Origin: Solirubrobacterales bacterium
Lineage (GTDB): Bacteria; Actinomycetota; Thermoleophilia; Solirubrobacterales; Solirubrobacteraceae
Direction: 5' to 3'
NCBI GenBank assembly: GCA_019239375.1
Contig: JAFAZZ010000049.1
Span: forward strand, 1 to 43,697
Length of the DNA: 43,697 nt
Positions within the stretch are counted from its first letter, which is position 1, and every line of letters starts with the position of its first letter. The notes under the pieces are model-generated. The model was not told the origin of the DNA, did not search any database, and worked only from the letters and a program-made list of their open reading frames with translations. A program made the position numbers and the translations under genes. Shown piece after piece: positions 8,610-16,796 of this stretch.

Positions 8610-10202
8610 ATGACAGCGGTACAGACTCCGGACGCGAGCGCTTCGTCCTCGGACAGTCACGAGCTAGCCAGCTTCGGATACAAGCAGGAACTGGACCGGT
8701 CGCTCGGGAGCTTCTCGTCGTTTGCCGCCGGCTTCAGCTACATCTCGATCCTCACCGGCGTCACCGCCCTGTTCGGGTTCGGCTATCTGAACGCCGGCCC
8801 GGGCGTGTGGTGGACGTGGCCGGTAGTAGTTGGCGGACAGATCCTGGTCGCGCTTTGCTTCATGGAGATGGCCGGCCAGTACCCGATCGCCGGATCGGTT
8901 TATCAATGGTCCAAGCAGATCGCGACCGGCTTCGCCTCGTGGATGGTTGGCTGGATCTACATCGTCGGGGCGATCGTGACGATCGCCGCCGTCGCGGTCG
9001 ACTGGCAGGTGGTATTGCCCCAGATCACCACCTCGTTCCAGTTTGCCGGGCACAGCGCCGACGCGGGCTTGACCAGCACGAAGGGGGGCGCCGAGAACGC
9101 GCTGATCCTCGGCGGCATCCTCGTCTGCATCACAACGATCATCAACATGCTCGGCGTCAAGCTGATGGCGCGGATCAACAACGTCGGCGTGGCTTGCGAG
9201 CTGGTCGGCTCGAGCATCCTGGTGATCCTGCTGCTGTTTAACGCGCACCACGGGCCGCAGATCATCTTCCACTCCTACCACTTCGGCGCCGGCCATCCGT
9301 GGGGTTACTTCGGGGCCCTGCTCGTCGGCGGCCTGCTGAGCGCCTACGTGATGTACGGGTTCGACACCGCCGGCACGCTGGCCGAGGAGACCAACAACCC
9401 GCGCAAGCACGCGCCGCCGGCGATCATCCGCGCGATTGCCGCGGCCGCGACGATCGGCGGCCTCGTAATCCTGTTCGCGTCGATGTCGAACAAGCACATC
9501 CTCGACAAGAACGTCGGGCTCCTCGGCCTTCCATACGTGATGAAGCAGGCGTTCGGCAACACCGTCGGGAACCTGTTCCTGATCGACTGTGGGATTGCCA
9601 TCTTCGTCTGCTGCCTCGCGGTTCAGACCGCGACGATCCGGATGATGTTCTCGATGGCGCGTGATAACCGCCTGCCGGCCGGCTCCGCGGTCGCGCGCGT
9701 CTCGGGCCGTCGCAGGGTGCCGGTCGTGCCGGCGCTCGTGACCGGCATCCTCACGCTGGCGCTGCTGGCGATCAACGTCTCTAACCAGAGCGCGTTCTAC
9801 GTGCTCACCTCGCTGGCCATCATCATGTTCTACCTGGCCTATCTCGGGGTCACGCTGCCGATGCTGGTGCGGCGATTCCGCGGAACCTGGCCGAAGAAGG
9901 ATTGGGGCCCATACTTCTCGCTCGGGCGGTGGGGGATGCTCGTCAACATCGTCGCTGTGGCCTACGGGATCCTGGTGACGATCAACATCGCCTGGCCGCG
10001 CGACGCCATCTACAACGCGGTTGGCACGCCGCACTGGTACTGGAAGTGGGCGGCGCCGATCTTCGTCGGGATCGTGGTGATCCTCGGGACGCTCTACTAC
10101 TACACCGTGCAGGTCAAGAAGGGTGAGGACGTGCTCGCGGAGCATCGAGCCGACGGCCCCTCGCTGGAGCCCCTGCCGGCGATGGGGGAGATGGCGCCAT
10201 GA
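8610..10202 (+). CDS. APC-family amino acid/amine permease
   Basis: 'LASFGYKQELDRSL..FSSFAAGFSYISILTG', 'YPIAGSVYQWS', 'GFDTAGTLAEETNNPRK'; about 12 TM helices. Confidence 0.92.
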   Translation: MTAVQTPDASASSSDSHELASFGYKQELDRSLGSFSSFAAGFSYISILTGVTALFGFGYLNAGPGVWWTWPVVVGGQILVALCFMEMAGQYPIAGSVYQWSKQIATGFASWMVGWIYIVGAIVTIAAVAVDWQVVLPQITTSFQFAGHSADAGLTSTKGGAENALILGGILVCITTIINMLGVKLMARINNVGVACELVGSSILVILLLFNAHHGPQIIFHSYHFGAGHPWGYFGALLVGGLLSAYVMYGFDTAGTLAEETNNPRKHAPPAIIRAIAAAATIGGLVILFASMSNKHILDKNVGLLGLPYVMKQAFGNTVGNLFLIDCGIAIFVCCLAVQTATIRMMFSMARDNRLPAGSAVARVSGRRRVPVVPALVTGILTLALLAINVSNQSAFYVLTSLAIIMFYLAYLGVTLPMLVRRFRGTWPKKDWGPYFSLGRWGMLVNIVAVAYGILVTINIAWPRDAIYNAVGTPHWYWKWAAPIFVGIVVILGTLYYYTVQVKKGEDVLAEHRADGPSLEPLPAMGEMAP

Positions 10203-11797
10203 TCGACACCGGCGAGTTCGACTATGTGATCGCGGGCGGGGGAACGGCGGGCTGTGTGGTCGCCGCCCGACTCACCGAGGATCCGTCGGTGACCGTCTGC
10301 CTGCTCGAAGCTGGTCCATCCGACGTGGACGATCCGCGGATCCTCCGCCTCGAGGACTGGATGTACCTGCTCGATTCGGGCTACGACTGGGACTACCTGG
10401 TGGAGCCGCAGGCTCGCGGCAACAGCTTCCTGCGCCACGCGCGCGGGAAGGTCCTCGGCGGCTGCTCCTCGCATAACTCGTGCATCGCCTTCTGGACGCC
10501 CAAGGAGGATCTCGACGAGTGGGCCGCGATGGGCTGCGCGGGCTGGAGTGCCGCCGACTGCTGGCCGCTCATCAGGCGCCTCGAGACCAACGACGGACCC
10601 GGGGATCACCACGGCCGCGATGGCCCGGTGAACATCCGCACCGTGCCCCCCGAGGACCCGTGCGGGGTGGCGCTGCTCGAGGCGGCTGCCCAGGCCGGAC
10701 TGCCCACGAGCCGCTTCAACGAGGGTCACACCGTGACCAATGGGGCGGGCTGGTTCCAGATCAACTCGTCAGAGGACAACACGCGGATGTCCTCCTCGCA
10801 CGCATACGTGCATCCGATCTTGGGCTCGCGTCCGAATCTCGAGATCCGCACCGCGTGCTGGGTCAAACGCGTGACGCTCGAGGATGGACGCGCCACCGGA
10901 ATCGAGTACCTGACCCCCGACCTGCTGACCCAGGCTACGGTCACCGCGCGGCGCGAGGTGATCCTCAGCGCAGGTTCGATCGACACCCCGAAGCTGCTGA
11001 TGCTCTCCGGCATTGGGCCGGGCGAGCATCTGCACGAGGTCGGGATCGAGACGGTGGTTCACTCCCCCGGCGTTGGCGCAAACCTGGACGATCACGTCGA
11101 GGGGATCGTCCAATGGGATGCCAAGCGCCCGATGATCCGGCACTCGACGCAGTGGTGGGAGATCGGTTTGTTCTCGACCTCCGAGCCCGGGCTAGACCGG
11201 CCCGACCTGATGATGCACTACGGCTCGGTGCCGTTCGACATGAACACGGCGCGCTGGGGGTACCCGACGACCGAGAACGGCTTCTGCCTGACCCCCAACG
11301 TCTGCCGCGGCCGCTCCCGCGGGACGGTGCGGCTGCGCTCGTCTGACTTCCGCGACCGAGCGCGCGTCGATCCGCGCTACTTCACCGACCCGGAGGGCCA
11401 CGACGAGCGGGTGATGGCGTACGGGATGCGGCTCGCCCGCAAGATCGTCTCGCAGCCGGCGATGGCTGATTGGGCCGGCGCCGAGTTGGCCCCCGGGCCG
11501 GAGGCCCAGACCGACGACGAACTGATCGAGTACATGCACAAGACCCACAACACGGTCTACCACCCCGCATGCAGCTGCCACATGGGTGCCGACTCGGATC
11601 CGCTCGCGGTCGTCGATCCGCGCCTGCGCGTCCGCGGAGTGCGCTCGCTGCGGATCGCCGATGGATCTATCCTGCCGTTTCTTCCGGCGATCAACCCGTG
11701 TATCACCACGATGATGGTCGGCGAGAAGTGTGCCGACATGCTCAAGGAGGATGCGCAGCGCGAGGCCGAGCGAGCCGCGCCGGCCGCCGTCGGCTAG
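10199..11797 (+). CDS. codA: Choline oxidase-like GMC flavoprotein oxidoreductase
   Basis: GxGxxG 'AGGGTAG'; 'SGYDWDY', 'GGCSSHNSCIAFW' (covalent-FAD His), 'HNTVYHP' and 'NPCITTMM' match my recollection of Arthrobacter choline oxidase; ATGA coupling to the permease. Confidence 0.85.
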   Translation: MIDTGEFDYVIAGGGTAGCVVAARLTEDPSVTVCLLEAGPSDVDDPRILRLEDWMYLLDSGYDWDYLVEPQARGNSFLRHARGKVLGGCSSHNSCIAFWTPKEDLDEWAAMGCAGWSAADCWPLIRRLETNDGPGDHHGRDGPVNIRTVPPEDPCGVALLEAAAQAGLPTSRFNEGHTVTNGAGWFQINSSEDNTRMSSSHAYVHPILGSRPNLEIRTACWVKRVTLEDGRATGIEYLTPDLLTQATVTARREVILSAGSIDTPKLLMLSGIGPGEHLHEVGIETVVHSPGVGANLDDHVEGIVQWDAKRPMIRHSTQWWEIGLFSTSEPGLDRPDLMMHYGSVPFDMNTARWGYPTTENGFCLTPNVCRGRSRGTVRLRSSDFRDRARVDPRYFTDPEGHDERVMAYGMRLARKIVSQPAMADWAGAELAPGPEAQTDDELIEYMHKTHNTVYHPACSCHMGADSDPLAVVDPRLRVRGVRSLRIADGSILPFLPAINPCITTMMVGEKCADMLKEDAQREAERAAPAAVG

Positions 11798-11812
11798 AAA
11801 AAGGGTCCGGGC

Positions 11813-13669
11813 ATGAGCGCCAGCGTGCCCGAGGTAATCCGCTTCCTGGGTGAGCACCCGCCGTTCGACGCGCTCGAGATGCCCCAGCTCGAGCGTGTGG
11901 CCGCGGCGGCGGCGCTCGAGTCCTACCCCGCCGGCGCGACGATCTTTTCGCAGGGAGCCGAACCAGTCGAGCATCTGCGGATCATCCGCAGTGGCGCCGT
12001 CAAGATCGTGCTGGACGGACGAGTGCTCGACCTCCTCGGCGAGGGGGAGTTGTTCGGTCACGCCTCGATGTTGTCCGGCCTCCCGACTGGCTTTGAGGCT
12101 CGCGCCAGCGAGGACACCGTCTGCTATCGGATCCCCGCCCAGGTCGCGCAGGAGCCGTTCTCGCGCCCAGCCGGATTGCGCTTCGTCACGCGCTCGCTGC
12201 TCGAGCCGTGGGCGGAGGCCACCTCACCGCGCGCCACCGCTCCGGGGGTCGACACCGCCCTGCGACCGGTCGCTTCGTTGGTACGCGGCGAACCGGTCGT
12301 CTGCCACCCTGACGTGCGGATTCGCGAGGCGGCGGAGATGATGACCGCCGCGCACGTCACCGCGATCGTCGTCGAGCTTGGCGATGGCGCGTTGGGCATC
12401 CTCACCGACCGCGACCTCCGCGCCCGCGTGGTCGCCGAGGGTCTGCCCGGCGATGCGCCGGTATCCGTGGTGATGTCAGCCCCGGCTTACACGTGCCCCC
12501 CAGACCGGCTCGGCACCGACGTGCTGCTCGACATGCTCGACCGCGGATTTCGGCATGTCCCCGTCGTATCCTCAACCGGAACGATCCTCGGCGTCGTCGA
12601 GGAGATCGATATCGTCGCCGCCCAGGCGCGCTCCTCGTTCTACCTGCGCCGGCGGATCGCACGGGCTGAGACTGCCGAGGAGCTCGTCGATGCCGGGCGC
12701 GACCTCCACCCGATGGTGATCGCGATGCACGACGCGCGCGTCGCTGCTGCCAACGTCGCTGCCGTTTACTCGGTGGTCGTGGACGCCCTCACCCGCCGTC
12801 TGCTCGAGATGACGCTCGCGCAGGCGGGTGACATCGCCGCCGAGTTCTCGTGGCTCGCGCTCGGGAGCCAGGCGCGGCGCGAGGCGGTACCGAGCTCGGA
12901 CGTCGACAGCGCGATCGTCTGGTTCGATGCGCCGGCCGACAACCAGGTCCGGGGCAGGCTGGTCGCGGTGGCGAGGACGGTGGTCGAGCGGCTCGCCGAA
13001 TGCGGCTTATGGGCGGACGTCCACGGCGCCACGGCTTCCGATCTGCGCTTCGTTCGCTCATTGGATTCCTGGCGGCGTGCCGTGCAGAGCTGGATCGACG
13101 ACCCGACACAGGACAAGGCCCTGATCCTCGTCTCGGTGCTCGTCGACAGCCGACCGGTGTGGGGCGTTCACGCCGGACCGCCGCTCGCCGACAGTTTCCG
13201 CCTGGCGCCAAGAAACCCGGAGCTGCTCCGCCTGCTAGCCCATTTCGCGCTCTCGCACCGGCCGCCGACGGGTTTCTTCCGCGGGCTCGTCGTGGAGTCC
13301 ACGGGCGAGCACCGCGGTCGCCTGGATCTCAAGCATGGCGGCGTGATCCCGATCGTCGACCTCGCTCGCTGGGCCGGCATCGCGGCCGGTGTGACCAGCG
13401 CCTCCACGGGCGAGCGACTGCGTGCCGCCGCCGCGTCGGGAACGCTCTCGGAAGCCCACGCGCGAACCCTCGAGGACGCTTACGCGCTGATCACCGGTCT
13501 GCGCGTGGAGCATCAGGTGCGCCAACTCCGCGCGGGCGAGGAACCCGATGATTTCGTCGATCCCGCGACGCTCAGCCGGCTGACGCAGAGCTACCTGAGA
13601 GAGGCCTTCCGGGCCGTCGCGTCGATTCAGAAGCGCGTCGCGGCGGATCTGAGCGCCGGCGTGCGCTAG
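11813..13669 (+). CDS. cNMP-binding/CBS-pair/DUF294 putative nucleotidyltransferase
   Basis: N-terminal cNMP domain 'HPPFDAL...GELFG'; CBS 'GILTDRDLR', 'FRHVPVV'; GlnD-like NTase 'LGSQARRE...SDVDSAI'; 'LDLKHGGVIPIVDLAR'. Confidence 0.88.
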   Translation: MSASVPEVIRFLGEHPPFDALEMPQLERVAAAAALESYPAGATIFSQGAEPVEHLRIIRSGAVKIVLDGRVLDLLGEGELFGHASMLSGLPTGFEARASEDTVCYRIPAQVAQEPFSRPAGLRFVTRSLLEPWAEATSPRATAPGVDTALRPVASLVRGEPVVCHPDVRIREAAEMMTAAHVTAIVVELGDGALGILTDRDLRARVVAEGLPGDAPVSVVMSAPAYTCPPDRLGTDVLLDMLDRGFRHVPVVSSTGTILGVVEEIDIVAAQARSSFYLRRRIARAETAEELVDAGRDLHPMVIAMHDARVAAANVAAVYSVVVDALTRRLLEMTLAQAGDIAAEFSWLALGSQARREAVPSSDVDSAIVWFDAPADNQVRGRLVAVARTVVERLAECGLWADVHGATASDLRFVRSLDSWRRAVQSWIDDPTQDKALILVSVLVDSRPVWGVHAGPPLADSFRLAPRNPELLRLLAHFALSHRPPTGFFRGLVVESTGEHRGRLDLKHGGVIPIVDLARWAGIAAGVTSASTGERLRAAAASGTLSEAHARTLEDAYALITGLRVEHQVRQLRAGEEPDDFVDPATLSRLTQSYLREAFRAVASIQKRVAADLSAGVR

Positions 13670-13678
13670 TTTCATCTT

Positions 13679-13891
13679 GTGACCGGGGACTGGCGCGACT
13701 TCCGGCCGGCCATCTGGCTGACCATGCTCGGAATCGCTGTGATGCTCCTGGCCAGCCCGTTTTATCTGGGCGCGGTCTTCATCGGCGCCGGGATCGGGGC
13801 GGCGATCCGGATCAACCAGCGCCGACGACGTGCCGCGGAGCTCGCTGCGGCGAAACCGGCCCCACGATCCGGATCTCGACGCCGGCGATGA
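13679..13891 (+). CDS. Small two-TM hypothetical membrane protein
   Basis: 70 aa, two hydrophobic segments and a basic tail; starts 10 bp after the upstream stop; GC3-rich codons. Confidence 0.6.
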   Translation: MTGDWRDFRPAIWLTMLGIAVMLLASPFYLGAVFIGAGIGAAIRINQRRRRAAELAAAKPAPRSGSRRRR

Positions 13892-13941
13892 GCTTTGAGC
13901 TCGCGGCGGAGTTGGCGCATCGAGGACCCGCCGGCGCACGC

Positions 13942-14499
13942 TCAGGCGATCTCACGGATCACCCGGCAGGGGTTGCCGAAGCAGAGGCGGCGCGCCGGCA
14001 GATCCATGGTCACGACGCTGCCGGCGCCGACCACTGTGTCGGCACCGATGCACACGCCCGGGCAGACGATCACCCCGCTGGCCAGCCACGCGCCGTCTGC
14101 GACGGTGACCGGCGCAGCGGTTTCGGTGCCTCGCCGGCGAGCCGCGGGATCGAGCGGATGGAGTGCGGTCAGAAGATGGACGCTGGGGCCGATCTGGACA
14201 TCGTCTCCGATGGTGACCTGCGCTCCGTCGAGCACGACAGCACCGTAGTTGATGAACGTCCGGTCGCCGACGCTGATGTGGTAGCCGTAATCGCACTGAA
14301 AGGGAGCCATCACCTCGGCGTCCTCGCCGATGCCGCCCAGTAACTCTTCGAGAATCGCCCGACGCGCCTGGGTCTCGCCGAAGCTGGCCGCGTTGAATCG
14401 CTCGCACAGCAGCCGGCAGCGCTTACGCTCCGCGAGCAAGTCAGGGTGGTTGGCGGCGTACGGCTCGCCGCGCAACATCCGCTCCTTATTCGATGCCAT
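13942..14499 (-). CDS. maa: Sugar (maltose) O-acetyltransferase, hexapeptide-repeat family
   Basis: Mac N-terminus 'KERMLRGEPY', 'PFQCDYGYHI', 'VQIGPSV..LTALHP', 'GAGSVVT.D', 'GNPCRVIR'; start trimmed to ATG 14499. Confidence 0.9.
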   Translation of the reverse strand: MASNKERMLRGEPYAANHPDLLAERKRCRLLCERFNAASFGETQARRAILEELLGGIGEDAEVMAPFQCDYGYHISVGDRTFINYGAVVLDGAQVTIGDDVQIGPSVHLLTALHPLDPAARRRGTETAAPVTVADGAWLASGVIVCPGVCIGADTVVGAGSVVTMDLPARRLCFGNPCRVIREIA

Positions 14500-14593
14500 C
14501 GAGGGCCATCCTGGCACGCTCAGGGGTTTCGTCCGCCGGTCCGCGGATGATTGAGAGCGCGTGAGCTGGCGATCGACTCGAGCGACCGGGGGG

Positions 14594-16282
14594 GTGGACC
14601 ACGACGTCCGGCAGGTCGCGGTCATCGACCTCGGGTCGAACTCGTGGCGCGCCGTCGTCTACATGTACGGGGGCAATAGGCTAGCCGCGGCAGCAATTGC
14701 ACTCGCCGGCGCAGAGACGCACCCGGCGAACCAAATGGCCCTCGCCGGGGGGGTGCCCGGGGGGGCGAAGCCCCCCCGGGTGTGGTGGAAGCTCACGGAC
14801 GAGATCTTCGAGACCGTGCGGATCGGCGCCGGCCTGGCCGAGACCGGCCGGTTGAGCGACGCCGGCATGGGACGCGGTCTCGAGACCCTGGCGGTGTTCG
14901 AGCGCTTTTGCGCCGCGCACGGTCTGGGTCCTGACGCGGTGCACGCGGTCGCCACCAGCGCAATCCGCGACGCCAGCAACGGCGAGCGATTCCTCAAGGC
15001 CGCCCGCGCGGCCGGCGGCCTGAACATCGAGGTCATCTCCGACGAGGACGAGGCCCGCTTCGGCTATGTGGCTGCGATCAACAGCTCGACGATGACCGAC
15101 GGGATCGTGCTGGAGACCGGCGGCGGCAGCATTCAGCTCATCAAGGTCGTCGACCGCCGCGCCGAGTTGCTGCGCTCGTTCCCGCTTGGCGCCGTGCGGA
15201 TCACCGAGGGGCTCCTGCGCGGGTCAGGGCCGGCCAAGAAGAAAGACCTCCAGCGGGTGCGCGCGCACGTGCGCGACGCCCTGTCGGACTATCCACCGCT
15301 CGCCGGCGCCGGCAAACGGATCGTCGGGATGGGCAGTGCGGCCCGCAACCTTCCCGGCGCCGCCGAGCGGATCGTCGGGATGGGCGGTGCGGTACGCAAT
15401 CTCGCCGCGGCCGCCCAGCGCATGGCCGACCAGCCGGACATCGGCGTCCAGGGCTTCGTCATCACCCGCGAGATGCTGGCCGAGCTGGTCCAGACGCTGG
15501 CGGCCCTGCCGGTCGCCGAGCGGGGCGAAGTGCCCGGGATCAAGGTGGGCCGCGGCGACATCATCCTCGCCTCGGCGCTGGTCATCGAGACGGTGGTGGA
15601 GCTGGGGAAGTTCGCCGGCATCGAGGTCACCGAGGCGAGCCTGCGTGACGGCGTGTTCCTCGCTCGGGAGTTCCTCGCGGATGAACCGGAGCCCCTGTTC
15701 GACGATGTGCGGGGGGCCGGCGTGCGCAATCTGGCCACCCAGTACGAATCGGACCTCCCCCACGTCGCGCACGTCGCTCAGCTGTCCCTGCAGATGTTCG
15801 ACTCGCTCGCCGGCGCGGGCCTGTTGCAGCCGCGGCCCGGCGAGCGCGAGCTGCTGTGGGCCGCCGCGATGCTGCACGACGTCGGCATGACGATCTCCTA
15901 CGACGACCATCACAAGCACTCGTACTACCTGATCGTCAGCGCCGGGCTCCCCGGCTTCGACCCCCGCGAGCGCGCCCTTATTGCCCAGATCAGCCGCTAC
16001 CACCGCAAGGGTGCCGCCAAGCTCGGCGAGCTGGCGGCTCTCGCCCGCCCCGGTGACGAGCAGCTGCTCGATCGCTGCTCGGTGATCCTGAGGTTGGCCG
16101 AGCACCTTGAACGTGGCCGCGACCAGTCGGTGCGGGAGGCTCGCCTGCGCGCCAACGGCCGTGGGGTCGACCTGCATCTCGAAGCTGCCGGCGACCTCAC
16201 ACTGCCCCGCTGGAGCGTCGAGCGCTACGGCGACGACGAGGCATTCCAGCGCGTGTTCGGCCGACGGCTGCTGATCGGGTAA
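14594..16282 (+). CDS. ppx: Ppx/GppA exopolyphosphatase with C-terminal HD domain; carries an insertion and an internal duplication
   Basis: 'AVIDLGSNS', 'ATSAIRDASN', 'EDEAR', 'GGGSIQ', 'SFPLGAVR', 'LRDG', HD 'AAMLHDVG...HHKHS'; start GTG 14594 or 14561. Confidence 0.92.
   Translation: MDHDVRQVAVIDLGSNSWRAVVYMYGGNRLAAAAIALAGAETHPANQMALAGGVPGGAKPPRVWWKLTDEIFETVRIGAGLAETGRLSDAGMGRGLETLAVFERFCAAHGLGPDAVHAVATSAIRDASNGERFLKAARAAGGLNIEVISDEDEARFGYVAAINSSTMTDGIVLETGGGSIQLIKVVDRRAELLRSFPLGAVRITEGLLRGSGPAKKKDLQRVRAHVRDALSDYPPLAGAGKRIVGMGSAARNLPGAAERIVGMGGAVRNLAAAAQRMADQPDIGVQGFVITREMLAELVQTLAALPVAERGEVPGIKVGRGDIILASALVIETVVELGKFAGIEVTEASLRDGVFLAREFLADEPEPLFDDVRGAGVRNLATQYESDLPHVAHVAQLSLQMFDSLAGAGLLQPRPGERELLWAAAMLHDVGMTISYDDHHKHSYYLIVSAGLPGFDPRERALIAQISRYHRKGAAKLGELAALARPGDEQLLDRCSVILRLAEHLERGRDQSVREARLRANGRGVDLHLEAAGDLTLPRWSVERYGDDEAFQRVFGRRLLIG
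14719..14780. repeat. REP-like GC-rich double hairpin inserted in-frame in ppx
   Basis: Perfect 11-bp stem CCCGGGGGGGC-GAA-GCCCCCCCGGG (14756-80), preceded by the CCCGGCGA...TCGCCGGG stem (14722-49). Confidence 0.7.
15303..15404 (+). repeat. 51-bp imperfect tandem duplication (17 aa) in ppx
   Basis: GAGKRIVGMGSAARNLP / GAAERIVGMGGAVRNLA; shared core CGGATCGTCGGGATGGGC at 51-bp spacing. Confidence 0.85.
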
Positions 16283-16349
16283 CCCGGCGCCGCGGCAATC
16301 TGCAAACAGCGCAGCGCAAGCGTCAGGCCCATCCCATTAGAGTGTGGAC

Positions 16350-16796
16350 ATGCTCTGGCTTCTGCGACACGCCGAGGCGGAGGATGGCCTGCCCGACGAT
16401 GAGCGGCCGCTGACCGAACGAGGCGCGATGCACGCGGACGCGGCGGGGCGCGCGCTGGCTCTCCTCGGCGTTCACCTCGATGCTTGCCTGTCCAGTCCCA
16501 AGCTACGCGCGGTTCAGACCGCCGAGCGCGCCTGCGAGCCACTTGGGGTCCCGGTCACGATCGAGCCGGTTCTGTCCGGCGAGCCGTTCGACGTCCGGGA
16601 GCTGACCGCCGGGTTGGGCGATGTCCTGCTCGTCGGCCATGATCCTTCGTTCTCGCTGCTGCTTCACGACCTAACTGGCTCTCAGGCGCGGATGAAGAAA
16701 GGCGGGCTCGCGGCCATTTCGAAGGGCGAGCTGGTCACGCTGATGCGACCGTCCGAGCTCGCCGCGATCGCCAAGGCGAACGTTCCGGTGACATGA
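16350..16796 (+). CDS. sixA: SixA-type phosphohistidine phosphatase
   Basis: 'LLRHAEAE', 'DDERPLTERG', 'SSPKLRAVQTA', 'LLVGHDP'; TAGAGT -10 six bases before ATG 16350 suggests a leaderless start. Confidence 0.88.
   Translation: MLWLLRHAEAEDGLPDDERPLTERGAMHADAAGRALALLGVHLDACLSSPKLRAVQTAERACEPLGVPVTIEPVLSGEPFDVRELTAGLGDVLLVGHDPSFSLLLHDLTGSQARMKKGGLAAISKGELVTLMRPSELAAIAKANVPVT

Noticed and set aside
13888-14343. 151-aa + strand ORF apparently coupled to the small membrane protein
   Set aside because: Lies antisense to the clearly recognisable O-acetyltransferase and has no motifs of its own.
14561-16282. ppx as a pseudogene or intein-containing gene
   Set aside because: Frame and catalytic motifs are intact; the insert is far too short and lacks intein splicing motifs.
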